64,000 nt of DNA, from positions 1,932 through 65,931 of the forward strand of contig JBGOXS010000005.1 of NCBI GenBank assembly GCA_041479245.1, written 5' to 3'. This document shows, one piece after another, positions 1 through 9,196 of the stretch. The notes below the pieces were generated by a model. The model saw nothing but the letters and a program-made list of their open reading frames with translations. It was not told where the DNA came from and did no database searches. The translations under genes and the position numbers were made by a program. This DNA is from Anaerolineae bacterium. Lineage in GTDB: Bacteria; Chloroflexota; Anaerolineae; Anaerolineales; UBA4823. Each line of letters starts with the position of its first letter. The stretch's first letter is position 1.

Positions 1-2
1 TG

Positions 3-1502
3 GGTGAACTGATGCCAGTGCCGAACTTCTATATTGCGCTTTACGATCCGGTCAATGACCTGATCAGCTACCCATATTATATGGACGAATATGATGCACC
101 ACCTAGACCAGCTAAACCTGAGCATGGGTTGACGGAGTATGTGCTGCGGACAAAAGAACCGCTGTGGGCAACAGGTGAGGTTTTCACGCAGCTGGTCTTG
201 CAGGGGGAAGCTGATGTGGTGGGGACCGATTCAGTGGATTGGATCGGAGTACCTCTCGTACTGGGAGAGCGGGTAATCGGGGTGATGGTGACCCAAAGTT
301 ATACCGTGGGTGTGGTCTATAACCAGGAGCAGTACGACCTGATGAAATTTGTGTCCACCCAGGTTGCCTCGGCAATCGAGCGTAAACTCGACCAGCAGCG
401 AATCAACGATGCGCTCGAATATATCAAGACCCTGATCAATTCGTCCAGCCTTGGGCTCACAACTTATGACGCCGCTGGCAGGTGCATCTTAGCTAATGAG
501 GCAATTGCTAAAATCCTGGGTACAACCAGCGAACAGATGCTGGAAGAGAACTATAACGAGATTGAAGCCTGGAAGGAATCTGGACTGCTCGAAGCCGCCC
601 GGGAGGTTATAACCAGTGGAAATGAAACGCGCCTAGAATACCAGACATCCAATAACCAGGGCAAAAGGATGTGGCTTGATTGCAGATTTACACCATTTAT
701 ATCCAATGGAGAGCCCCACTTGCTACTATCGGTCGATGATATATCTACATCCAAACAGGCTGAGATCGACCTGCAGGGTTATGCAGCAAAACTGGAGCAG
801 AGCAACCGCGACTTGCAGGAATTCGCCTACATCGCATCGCATGATTTACAGGAACCGCTACGTAAGGTGCTGGCCTTCGGTGACCGGTTGGTCAATAAAT
901 ACGGAGATACACTGGATGAAACGGGCAAAGACTACCTGAAACGAATGCGTGATGCGAGCCAGCGCATGCAGACACTAATCAACGACCTGCTCACCTTCTC
1001 ACGCGTGTCCACACGGGCACAACCATTCGCCAGAGTAGACTTAAATGAGATAATCGAAGAAGTCGTCTCCAACCTGGAGAACCAGATCGACCGCACACAG
1101 GGCAAAGTGGAGTTCGGTAAACTGCCAGTGATCGAAGCTGACCCCACTCAAATGTACCAATTGTTGCAGAACCTGATCAATAATGGCTTGAAATTCCATC
1201 AAGAGGAAGTTCCCCCGGTCATCCGGGTTTCGGCAAGCAACGCCCGTGAAAGATGTAAAATAACCGTAAAGGATAACGGAATCGGTTTTGAAATGCAGTA
1301 CCTCGACCGAATATTTAAACCCTTCCAACGATTACACGGCCGGCAGGAATACGAAGGAAGCGGCATGGGATTAGCAATCTGCCGGCGAATCGTAGAAAGG
1401 CACAGCGGTGAGATCACTGCATACAGTGCCCCGGGAGATGGGTCTGCATTTATCATCACTTTACCTATGCATCAAACCAATGGAGAAAATACTTATGGAT
1501 AA
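3..1502 (+). CDS. Sensor histidine kinase, GAF-PAS-HisKA-HATPase_c (5' end probably outside window)
   Basis: ORF 12..1502. The frame stays open back to base 3 and the N-terminus begins mid-domain. H-box FAYIASHDLQEPLRK; ATPase boxes LINNGLKFH, DNGIGF, GSGMGLAICRR. Confidence 0.85.
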   Translation, partial: GELMPVPNFYIALYDPVNDLISYPYYMDEYDAPPRPAKPEHGLTEYVLRTKEPLWATGEVFTQLVLQGEADVVGTDSVDWIGVPLVLGERVIGVMVTQSYTVGVVYNQEQYDLMKFVSTQVASAIERKLDQQRINDALEYIKTLINSSSLGLTTYDAAGRCILANEAIAKILGTTSEQMLEENYNEIEAWKESGLLEAAREVITSGNETRLEYQTSNNQGKRMWLDCRFTPFISNGEPHLLLSVDDISTSKQAEIDLQGYAAKLEQSNRDLQEFAYIASHDLQEPLRKVLAFGDRLVNKYGDTLDETGKDYLKRMRDASQRMQTLINDLLTFSRVSTRAQPFARVDLNEIIEEVVSNLENQIDRTQGKVEFGKLPVIEADPTQMYQLLQNLINNGLKFHQEEVPPVIRVSASNARERCKITVKDNGIGFEMQYLDRIFKPFQRLHGRQEYEGSGMGLAICRRIVERHSGEITAYSAPGDGSAFIITLPMHQTNGENTYG

Positions 1503-1953
1503 AAACCTAAAACCGGTCATATTTCTCATGGCTGATGATGACCCCGACGATAGATTATTGATCAAGGAAGCTTTCCAAGAGAGTCTGGTTTCCAACAGCA
1601 TCTTTTTCGTTGAAGATGGCGTGGAGCTGATGGATTACCTGCGCTGGCAAGGAAAATTTTCCGACCCGGTAGACGCGCCTTCGCCAGACCTGATCTTGCT
1701 GGACCTGAATATGCCACGCAAGGACGGCCGCGAAGCGCTGGCGGAAATCAAAAGTGACCCGCTGCTCAGATATATCCCCGTGGTGGTGCTTACTACGTCT
1801 AAGGCTGAGGAAGATATCATGCGCAGCTACGATATCGGCGCTGCCAGCTATATTACGAAACCAGTGACCTTCGATGGTTTGGTGGAGGCGATCAAGGGAT
1901 TGGGGCAGTATTGGGTACAAATTGTACGACTACCAGTAAAGGAAAAAGCATAA
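1495..1953 (+). CDS. Single-domain response regulator (CheY-like receiver, Rcp1-like)
   Basis: ORF 1408..1953. Likely start is ATG 1495, overlapping the kinase stop (ATGGATAA). Receiver motifs MADDDPDD, LILLDLNMPRKDG, YITKP. Confidence 0.85.
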   Translation: MDKNLKPVIFLMADDDPDDRLLIKEAFQESLVSNSIFFVEDGVELMDYLRWQGKFSDPVDAPSPDLILLDLNMPRKDGREALAEIKSDPLLRYIPVVVLTTSKAEEDIMRSYDIGAASYITKPVTFDGLVEAIKGLGQYWVQIVRLPVKEKA

Positions 1954-1957
1954 ATAA

Positions 1958-2467
1958 ATGACCAACCAACTACCATCCATCATCATACTCAGCGCGGAGG
2001 ATGATCCTGACGACAGGATTTTAGTCCAGGATGCTTTCCTGGAAAGCGGCCAGGAGAATACTCTACTCTTCGTCCAGGATGGCAACGATTTACTGCAATA
2101 CCTGCGCCGGCAGGGAAGTTATGCCGAACCAGGACAGGCTCCCAGACCCGATCTGATTTTACTGGACCTGAACATGCCTTACAAAGACGGACGCCAGGCG
2201 CTAGCTGAGATTAAAGCAGACCCACACCTGCGCAGCATCCCGGTGGTGGTGCTGACGGCTTCTATATCGGACGAGGACGTATTAAACACATACAAGATGG
2301 GAGGAGCGGGCTTTATTATTAAACCAGCAACATTCCCGGGTTTAGTTGAAGTGGTGAAAGGGTTGAACCAGTACTGGTTCGAAGTAGTGGAACTAGCAAA
2401 TGGAGAACGGATGAACAACATCAACCACAACCATTCCAAGGCGCCTCATCCAAATGAAAGTATTTAG
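1958..2467 (+). CDS. Single-domain response regulator, tandem paralog of the previous gene
   Basis: SAEDDPDD, LILLDLNMPYKDG, FIIKP. Starts 4 nt after the previous stop. Confidence 0.85.
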   Translation: MTNQLPSIIILSAEDDPDDRILVQDAFLESGQENTLLFVQDGNDLLQYLRRQGSYAEPGQAPRPDLILLDLNMPYKDGRQALAEIKADPHLRSIPVVVLTASISDEDVLNTYKMGGAGFIIKPATFPGLVEVVKGLNQYWFEVVELANGERMNNINHNHSKAPHPNESI

Positions 2468-2534
2468 GATTCTATTTATTGCGGGTGCGCACAAAGCGAT
2501 AAAAGATTAGCTTCAGCGGAGGCAAGGTCATTCC

Positions 2535-3491
2535 ATGGAACCCCATCTACATAAGATCCGTATCTTGCTCATCGAAGACGATGAAGACGACTATCATCTC
2601 CTGCGGGATTGTCTGATGGAACAGGAGAACCATTCAGCTTTCGAGCTTGATTGGGTGGTGACATATCAAGCAGGTTTGAAGGATATCGAGCGGGGTGACC
2701 ACGACGTCTACTTGATCGATTATTACCTGGGTACCGATTCAGGCCTGGATCTGCTGAAAGAGGCTATTCAAGCGGGCTGTCAGGCGCCACTAATCATGAT
2801 CACCGGACAGTCTGACCTGGAAATCGATCAAGCTGCACTAAGGGCTGGGGCGATGGATTATATAGTAAAAGGCAATCTGGATGGACAGTTATTGGATAGG
2901 TCTATCCGGTATGCCCTGGAACGAAGCCGACTACTAATGAAAATACGCGAGCTGGCGGTGCGGGATGCACTCACCGGGCTGTACAACCGACGGGAGCTGC
3001 ACAGGTTCCTGGAGTATGAGATCATCAAGAGCAAACGATATACACACGCATTTTCTCTTCTATTAATGGATATCGACCATTTCAAGGAAATCAACGACCG
3101 ATACGGTCACCGAGTGGGCGATGAAATCCTCCAACAGGTAGCACAAGTGATGCTTAATCAGACTCGCGGCTGCGACCTCCCCGCCCGCTACGGAGGCGAC
3201 GAGTTCATCATCGTATTACCTGAAACTCCCGCCGCTCAGGGCTTGATTGGTGCAGAGAGGTTACGCAAATTTATCGAGGGTGTAAATATACAGGTTACCA
3301 ATGAGAACGGAGCGCTCGAGCGGATTGAGATCACAATTAGCGTTGGCTTGGCCGGCTATCCTGGTGATGCCGAAACAGGTGAACTACTCATCGACTGTGC
3401 AGACCAGGCATTATACATAGCAAAGCGCACGGGATGCAACAAGGTAGTCGGTTACGATGCAGAGCAGGTGAAGGAGCGGAGAATACAATGA
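2535..3491 (+). CDS. Response regulator with GGDEF output domain (diguanylate cyclase)
   Basis: Receiver LLIEDDEDD / DYYLG at the N-terminus. C-terminal GGDEF domain with intact RYGGDEF and DHFKEINDRYGH. Confidence 0.85.
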   Translation: MEPHLHKIRILLIEDDEDDYHLLRDCLMEQENHSAFELDWVVTYQAGLKDIERGDHDVYLIDYYLGTDSGLDLLKEAIQAGCQAPLIMITGQSDLEIDQAALRAGAMDYIVKGNLDGQLLDRSIRYALERSRLLMKIRELAVRDALTGLYNRRELHRFLEYEIIKSKRYTHAFSLLLMDIDHFKEINDRYGHRVGDEILQQVAQVMLNQTRGCDLPARYGGDEFIIVLPETPAAQGLIGAERLRKFIEGVNIQVTNENGALERIEITISVGLAGYPGDAETGELLIDCADQALYIAKRTGCNKVVGYDAEQVKERRIQ

Positions 3492-4987
3492 GTGTGAACC
3501 AGATACGTGCTTTGCTGATTGAAGACGATCCTGACGACATCCTACTGCTCAAAGATTCGCTAGCTGAAATTGGACTGGGGAAGATCAAGCTAGATTATAC
3601 CGACCGCCTATCAAAAGGGCTGATTCAGCTGGGGACCCAGGTTTATGATGTGATCCTACTTGACCTTAACCTACCAGACAGCCGCGGACTTGACACGCTT
3701 AATACCACCATCAAACGGTTCCCAAAACTGCCGGTAGTAGTGCTGAGCGGACTGGCGGATGATGCTATCACAGTGGAGGCGGTCAGGCGAGGTGCACAGG
3801 ATTACCTGGTAAAAGGAGATATTAGCGGTCCATTGGTGATGCGGGTGATACGGTATGCCATCGAGCGTAAGCAGGTGGAGGCAGTGCTGCGGGCAAGCGA
3901 AGCACGTTACCGGACATTGGTGGAGACTTCTCCCAATGGCATAACCCTGGCCGACCTGGAGGGCAAGCTGCTACTCTGCAATGAGCAAGCAGCCCGCCTA
4001 CATAGTTATGCCAGCCCAGAAGCGATGGTTGGGGTCAACTTCTTTAAATTAATTGCGCCAGCTGATCGACAACCGGCGGCAACGAACATCCGCAGGACAC
4101 TTAATGAAGGCAAGGTAACGAATGGTGAGTATACCCTGCTGAAGAGGGACGGCAGCCCATTCCCGGCGGAAATCAGCACTGCTGTGCAGAACAACACTTC
4201 CGGGACACCGGTCGGGTTTATCTGCATCACGAGAGATATTACAGAACGCAAAAAAGTCATTGACGCGGAGAAGCAGGTGGTGATGCTGGAGAAGGAATTC
4301 CTGTCCAGCGTGGCAGCTGAGCTGCGCGCCCCGATCCTCAGCATGATGGATTGTTTGGAACAGTTGCGCAGCGGAAAGCTGAGCAGTGGTAATGGACAGG
4401 AAGCGTTGGTGAAGCGGGGCTCCAGAGATACCGGCATCCTGCTGGATATGGTAGATGAGCTGCTCGATTTTTCCCTTTTGGAGAGCGAACGTTTGACACT
4501 GAATTGGGAGCAGGTAGACCTTGGGAAGATGATCAGCGAAGTGTTGGCTGTGTTCAGGGAACAGGCGACTGCCAGAAGGGTGTTGCTGCTGGCTGCGCCG
4601 ATGGAAAGACCTCTAATCGCTACCGCTGATGCAAGACGTATGCGGCGAGTGCTGGTTAAATTGGTGCAAAATGCGATCAACTTCTCTGAAAAGGACGGCA
4701 CGGTATTGGTAACGGGAAAGGCAATGAATGGCAAGATCCTCATCAATGTTATTGATGAAGGCAGCGGGATTACGTTGGAAGATAGCGAAAGAATATTTGA
4801 GAAGTATTACCAGGTAGACCATCCACTGAACCAAAACGAATTTGGAATGGGTTTGGGGCTATACACGGCCAAGCAAATTGTGGAAGCCCACGGGGGAACG
4901 CTTACTGTGAGCAGCCAGCTGCGGGCAGGCAGCACCTTCAGCATAGTAATCCCGATTGAGGAGAAGAGAGAACCTCAAATAGAGTGA
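3488..4987 (+). CDS. Hybrid REC-PAS-histidine kinase
   Basis: ORF 3434..4987. Likely start is ATG 3488, overlapping the upstream stop (ATGA). Receiver LLIEDDPDD/LLDLNLPD, a PAS region, and an HATPase region DEGSGI, GMGLGLYTAK. Confidence 0.8.
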   Translation: MSVNQIRALLIEDDPDDILLLKDSLAEIGLGKIKLDYTDRLSKGLIQLGTQVYDVILLDLNLPDSRGLDTLNTTIKRFPKLPVVVLSGLADDAITVEAVRRGAQDYLVKGDISGPLVMRVIRYAIERKQVEAVLRASEARYRTLVETSPNGITLADLEGKLLLCNEQAARLHSYASPEAMVGVNFFKLIAPADRQPAATNIRRTLNEGKVTNGEYTLLKRDGSPFPAEISTAVQNNTSGTPVGFICITRDITERKKVIDAEKQVVMLEKEFLSSVAAELRAPILSMMDCLEQLRSGKLSSGNGQEALVKRGSRDTGILLDMVDELLDFSLLESERLTLNWEQVDLGKMISEVLAVFREQATARRVLLLAAPMERPLIATADARRMRRVLVKLVQNAINFSEKDGTVLVTGKAMNGKILINVIDEGSGITLEDSERIFEKYYQVDHPLNQNEFGMGLGLYTAKQIVEAHGGTLTVSSQLRAGSTFSIVIPIEEKREPQIE

Positions 4988-5111
4988 GGGCAGCTATACC
5001 TTGACGTAAGACAGAACTTCGTGGAATGAGGAAATGAGTCGAAAAGAATTCCATAGCTTCGTTATTCACCTCTATTAATACTTTTTAATTACATGTAAAG
5101 AAGGGGTATAC

Positions 5112-5861
5112 GTGGTTATAATAATGAAATCATTCGCAAGGAGCGCTTGCATGACCCCCTTAAATCATTCAGAGAGCAGCAAAAAGGTTGATATTCGTTG
5201 CAATGGACCCTATATCGTGAGCGGTGAAATCCCATTGGTGCAGAAGACTCAAGTGGTTTCGGAATATGGCGAGCCTCTGACCTGGAAAAAAGAGGGGGAG
5301 ATACCAACTGAAGAACCTTATTACCTATGCCGCTGTGGTCACTCCAGCAACATGCCGTTTTGCGATCGTACACATAATGAGATCAATTTCGATGGCACTG
5401 AGACGGCGCCAACAAATAGTAGTGATGAACGCCGAGAGACATACCCAGGAAGTAAAAATATCGTAATCCGGATCGATGCGAGCCTGTGCACAAACGCAGG
5501 ATTTTGCTGCAACCGCATAACCAGCATTTCGGAGATGGCAACCCATACTGACGATTCCCAAGTTCGAGCACTGGCAATGGCGATGGTAGAGCATTGCCCA
5601 TCCGGTGCGCTGACTTATACGCTCCAGGAAGGTGAGTCTGATATCGAAGCTGACCTGCCGCAACAAATCGCGGTGATTACCGAGGTAACCTCGGATGGTG
5701 CGATCCAAGGTCCGCTGTGGGTGACTGGGGGAATCCCGATCCTGCGGTCAGATGGACAACCATTTGAGATCCGCAACAGGGTGACGCTGTGCAACTGTGG
5801 GCACTCACAGATGAAGCCGTTGTGTGATGGCTCACACAGGGATTATCCGACGAAAGTGTAG
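5112..5861 (+). CDS. CDGSH iron-sulfur domain protein with central ferredoxin-like Cys cluster
   Basis: Two CDGSH-type motifs (CRCGHSSNMPFCDRTH and CNCGHSQMKPLCDGSH) flank a Cys-rich segment (CTNAGFCCN...HCPSGA). AAGGGG RBS 5 nt before GTG 5112; alternative start ATG 5124. Confidence 0.75.
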   Translation: MVIIMKSFARSACMTPLNHSESSKKVDIRCNGPYIVSGEIPLVQKTQVVSEYGEPLTWKKEGEIPTEEPYYLCRCGHSSNMPFCDRTHNEINFDGTETAPTNSSDERRETYPGSKNIVIRIDASLCTNAGFCCNRITSISEMATHTDDSQVRALAMAMVEHCPSGALTYTLQEGESDIEADLPQQIAVITEVTSDGAIQGPLWVTGGIPILRSDGQPFEIRNRVTLCNCGHSQMKPLCDGSHRDYPTKV

Positions 5862-6026
5862 AAATTTGTTGGCCATAATGGAGAGAATACCGCATTAAAT
5901 CCAACATGAGAAACGAGTATATAGCCACAATTTTCAGTTTCTACCTAATAAATTACTAGATAATAGGTGTAGGAAATTAATCAAAAGTAGATTTCCAGAT
6001 CTATGATTGAGTTTGAAAGTTTGAAG

Positions 6027-6111
6027 AAGATTGCTTCAGCAAAAAACGCTTCGCAATGACAAGATTTTTTACGTCATTGCGAAGAGCGATCTTTGCGACG
6101 AGGCAATCTTC
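6027..6111. repeat. 85-nt imperfect palindrome made of two inverted copies of an AAGATTGC...CGCAATGAC element
   Basis: The left arm gaagattgcttcagcaaaaaacgcttcgcaatgac matches the reverse complement of the right arm, gaagattgcctcgtcgcaaagatcgctcttcgcaatgac. Perfect core stem cttcgcaatgac/gtcattgcgaag (6049-6060 / 6073-6084). Confidence 0.8.
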
Positions 6112-6140
6112 CTGTGACATTTGTTAAGTATTATATATGA

Positions 6141-6449
6141 TCAAAATGATGATTTACCAAAATATTTATCATACAGATCCTCCCATTTGGGATTCATGCT
6201 GTTTATCAGATCAATCTTTTTCTGCCTAGAGCCTCCCTTTATTATTTTTTCTCGCGAAATAGCTGCTAATATACTTTCACCTTCTTCATAATAAACCAAC
6301 ATATGCAGTTTATATTTCTTAGAGAATACCCCACCCTTGCCAGTCCTATGTTCATTCACCCGGCGTTGCAAATCATTGGTAACACCAGTATACAATACTG
6401 TACGATCTTGATTGGTCATGATGTAGATGTAATATTTTTTCGAAGGCAT
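6141..6449 (-). CDS. GIY-YIG nuclease family protein (small UPF0213-type)
   Basis: N-terminal YYIYIMTNQDRTVLYTGVTNDLQRRVNEH matches the GIY-YIG signature. About 100 aa. Confidence 0.85.
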   Translation of the reverse strand: MPSKKYYIYIMTNQDRTVLYTGVTNDLQRRVNEHRTGKGGVFSKKYKLHMLVYYEEGESILAAISREKIIKGGSRQKKIDLINSMNPKWEDLYDKYFGKSSF

Positions 6450-6511
6450 CGATTAACCGATTTTAGTAGCGATAGATATTTATTCTCTAGTCAAATCTGA
6501 TAGTGGCTGTG

Positions 6512-6576
6512 GGAAGATTTCTTCGTCGTATAGAAAACGCCTCCCCCGAAGATCAGCGGGGACAGGTGCAATGACA
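6512..6576. repeat. Third copy of the AAGATT(T/G)CTTC...GCAATGAC element, upstream of the GIY-YIG gene
   Basis: ggaagatttcttcgtcgtatagaaaacgcctcccccgaagatcagcggggacaggtgcaatgacat. It has the same termini as the 6027-6111 arms and an internal ccccg/cgggg hairpin. Confidence 0.65.
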
Positions 6577-6582
6577 TCCTAA

Positions 6583-7470
6583 TCAGTACATCTCTTTGTT
6601 GTCCCGAGGGAGGCCGCGAACGTGACGTAGATGTGCGGTCACGCGCTCATCATCGCCGTACGGATAGGTGAAGCCGAAATGCTCGGCAACCCGGGTGCCA
6701 GTCCGGCGGAATAGATCACCCATGGTGAGCAAGGCATCCCAGATGTGGTCGTAATCAGAATCTGAGTAGGTATGGAGAAGCATCTGCCATAGATCGGGCT
6801 CGAGGTACTTCTCGAGGTATTTTCCCAGCTTGCCAGGGGACACTTTAAATTCTGTTTGCATACCGATATACCAATTCAGCATCTTCATCAGCTGCTCACG
6901 AACATAAAGCTCGAGCATCTCTTTGGAGTATGTAAGCTCACGGCGCCATAAACCCTTGGCGACGTATGGAGAAAGCCACCAGAACTCGTTGGTGCAGTCG
7001 AAAAAGGCTTTAGCAGTGGGCGGCGTGGGCAGATAACCCGAATCGTTGGGATGAGGGTATTGCGGTAGGATGCCATCCTTATCCAGAAGGGTTAGGGTGA
7101 GGCTATCTTGCTCCAACAAGTCGATCTTACTCGCCAGATATAGCGACAGGTCGATGCGGTTCCCGTCAGCGAACTGCATCAGGTAGGCATAGTGATCCGT
7201 CCCCCATGGATGAGGGTCAAACATTTCGTCGGGCAGCTGGAGAATCATCAGCTCACCGAAGACATTGATCCAGGAAGGATCTGCTGAGAAAGACTCCATT
7301 TCAGTAACAAGGTATACGATATCATAATCCTGGAAGAAATCCTTGGGAGCGTTGGGATTGACGCGTGAGCCGTTCATGATGACGGCGCGCACTCGCTCAT
7401 CACTGTGGGCGATACTTAGGATCAAGTCAAGCATTTCGCTTTCACTGCGCATGGGACCTCGTGAAGACAA
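6583..7470 (-). CDS. Aminoglycoside 6-nucleotidyltransferase family protein, ANT(6)/AadK-like
   Basis: About 290 aa. N-terminus EMLDLILSIAHSDERVRAVIMNGSRVNPNAPKDFFQDYDIVYLV is typical of streptomycin adenylyltransferase family proteins (recalled family signature). Confidence 0.7.
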   Translation of the reverse strand: MSSRGPMRSESEMLDLILSIAHSDERVRAVIMNGSRVNPNAPKDFFQDYDIVYLVTEMESFSADPSWINVFGELMILQLPDEMFDPHPWGTDHYAYLMQFADGNRIDLSLYLASKIDLLEQDSLTLTLLDKDGILPQYPHPNDSGYLPTPPTAKAFFDCTNEFWWLSPYVAKGLWRRELTYSKEMLELYVREQLMKMLNWYIGMQTEFKVSPGKLGKYLEKYLEPDLWQMLLHTYSDSDYDHIWDALLTMGDLFRRTGTRVAEHFGFTYPYGDDERVTAHLRHVRGLPRDNKEMY

Positions 7471-7532
7471 GAGGAATCAAATGATGGGTAACATATCGCG
7501 TGACGGAATGACGATTCCGGAATTTGAACCAA

Positions 7533-8177
7533 CTATGACCCGAATAAGCCCACAAAGAGAATGATGAAACCGATTGTGTCGAGGATGCCGTGAGTGAGGA
7601 TAGGTAGCCACAGATTGCGCCGTGCGAAAATATATAATAAACCAAGCATCAATCCTGCCAGGAAGGTATCCAGCACACCAGTAATACCCTGGTAGATGTG
7701 GGCAGCACCGAAGATGAGCGAGCCAACGAACAGAGCAATGATAACTCCGGTGCGATCGTTGCCAGTAAAGTCGGTGAGACGGTTGAAAAAGTAGCCGTGA
7801 AAGAACAGCTCCTCGATGAAGGCAGCCTCCGTCCAGGTGAGGATGAGAAATAGCAGCAAAGCGGGCAGGCTACCCTTGACGAAGCTGAATTGGGAGAGGT
7901 CGACCGATTTACCAGTCAGAGACTGAAGAACCGGAGAGATCACTACGGTATCCAGAACTTGGTAACCAATGCCGATCAGTAGAGATAGACCGATGGTCGG
8001 CAGCCATTTATCAGGACGCCTGAGGCCGACGTCGCGCCAGCTCATATGACGCAGACGTAGGGAAGCCCAGCCGACCAAGAGGAGGGGCAGGACGGGCAAT
8101 GGAAAGCCAGAGGCGAGGATGACAAATCCGACCAGGAGGCCGATAATCTCGAGGGTGAGGATGAGAGAAGGTTTCAT
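7533..8177 (-). CDS. CPBP family intramembrane glutamic endopeptidase (CAAX protease/Abi-like)
   Basis: Polytopic membrane protein with EELFFHG, FGAAH and THGILD motifs. Confidence 0.75.
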   Translation of the reverse strand: MKPSLILTLEIIGLLVGFVILASGFPLPVLPLLLVGWASLRLRHMSWRDVGLRRPDKWLPTIGLSLLIGIGYQVLDTVVISPVLQSLTGKSVDLSQFSFVKGSLPALLLFLILTWTEAAFIEELFFHGYFFNRLTDFTGNDRTGVIIALFVGSLIFGAAHIYQGITGVLDTFLAGLMLGLLYIFARRNLWLPILTHGILDTIGFIILFVGLFGS

Positions 8178-8193
8178 GGAAAGTTAATGACAG

Positions 8194-9048
8194 TTAGAAG
8201 CACCAGATAGGTTGGCTGCCATCGATATCGGTAAATCCATATTCACGGGCAAGTCTGCCCGACTCGAGCACCTTGCCACTTTTCAACATCACCTTTTTGT
8301 CGCAAGCGAGGGCAACCACGGCTTTGCCTACATAGTATGGCGTTTCAGAATAGGCGAAGTTTTTATCCTTCAAGATGGCATCACGCCAATTGAGCTCGGT
8401 GACACCGAAATGGTCCAACATCTCCTCGGAACGCAGGTAACCAGGGGTTAATGATACGACGGCAATCTTGTGCTTTTGCAGCTGGAGCGCCAATGACCGT
8501 GCTATCCGGATGTTGGTGGCTTTCTCCAGGTCATAATAGAAGTTGAAGTCGTTGATATCTTTATCGATGCCATCGGTTACCTCGACGAGCAAACCGCCTC
8601 CACTATTGACCATCAAAGGAAGGCCATAGAAACTGGTGATGAGGTGCGATAGCGAGCCGTTCTCGATCACCTTGAGCCCTTTCTCCAGCGAATGGTCGAG
8701 GAAGGGCTTGAATTCCATGTTTGAGTCGCCGGTTAGGTCGTTGACCAGGATATCGAGGCAGCTATCCTGCTCCCGATTCACAGTATCGAAAAGCGCCTGC
8801 ACCTGTGTGGAATCAGTATGGTCGACCTGGACGTAAATCCCCTTGCCGCCACGAGCGGTGACCATCTCGGCGGTATCTTCGATAGTCTCAGGGCGGTGCT
8901 TATCAGAAGGTTTACTTCGCAAGCTGCGACCGGTACAGTAGACTGTAGCTCCAGCTTCACCGAGCATGCAGGCGATGCCGCGCCCGGCTCCACGGGTGGC
9001 ACCTGCGACCAAGGCGACTTTACCTTTGAGTTGATCGGTGAATTCCAT
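8194..9048 (-). CDS. SDR family oxidoreductase
   Basis: N-terminal Rossmann motif GKVALVAGATRGAGRGIA. About 280 aa. Confidence 0.7.
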   Translation of the reverse strand: MEFTDQLKGKVALVAGATRGAGRGIACMLGEAGATVYCTGRSLRSKPSDKHRPETIEDTAEMVTARGGKGIYVQVDHTDSTQVQALFDTVNREQDSCLDILVNDLTGDSNMEFKPFLDHSLEKGLKVIENGSLSHLITSFYGLPLMVNSGGGLLVEVTDGIDKDINDFNFYYDLEKATNIRIARSLALQLQKHKIAVVSLTPGYLRSEEMLDHFGVTELNWRDAILKDKNFAYSETPYYVGKAVVALACDKKVMLKSGKVLESGRLAREYGFTDIDGSQPIWCF

Positions 9049-9196
9049 GGGATGCTCCAGGCACCTGCTACAAGAAAATATTTTGTGAGAGAGACAACTA
9101 ATTATCGCGCTGATTTTTCAAGTGGTGAGGGTAAATGATAGATTTCATCCCGGAATAGACCAGGAATCCCCCCTCCCGCCTCCCCGATGACAGCAT

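Noticed and set aside
4006-4746. 246-aa minus-strand ORF inside the hybrid kinase gene. The same applies to similar long antisense ORFs at 23840..24430, 26069..26671, 28050..28493, 33159..33593, 44349..44702, 59735..60139 and others.
   Set aside because: They lie antisense to well-supported genes with clear motifs. Their composition is Ser/Arg/Leu-rich, they have no RBS and no recognisable domains. This is typical shadow-ORF behaviour.
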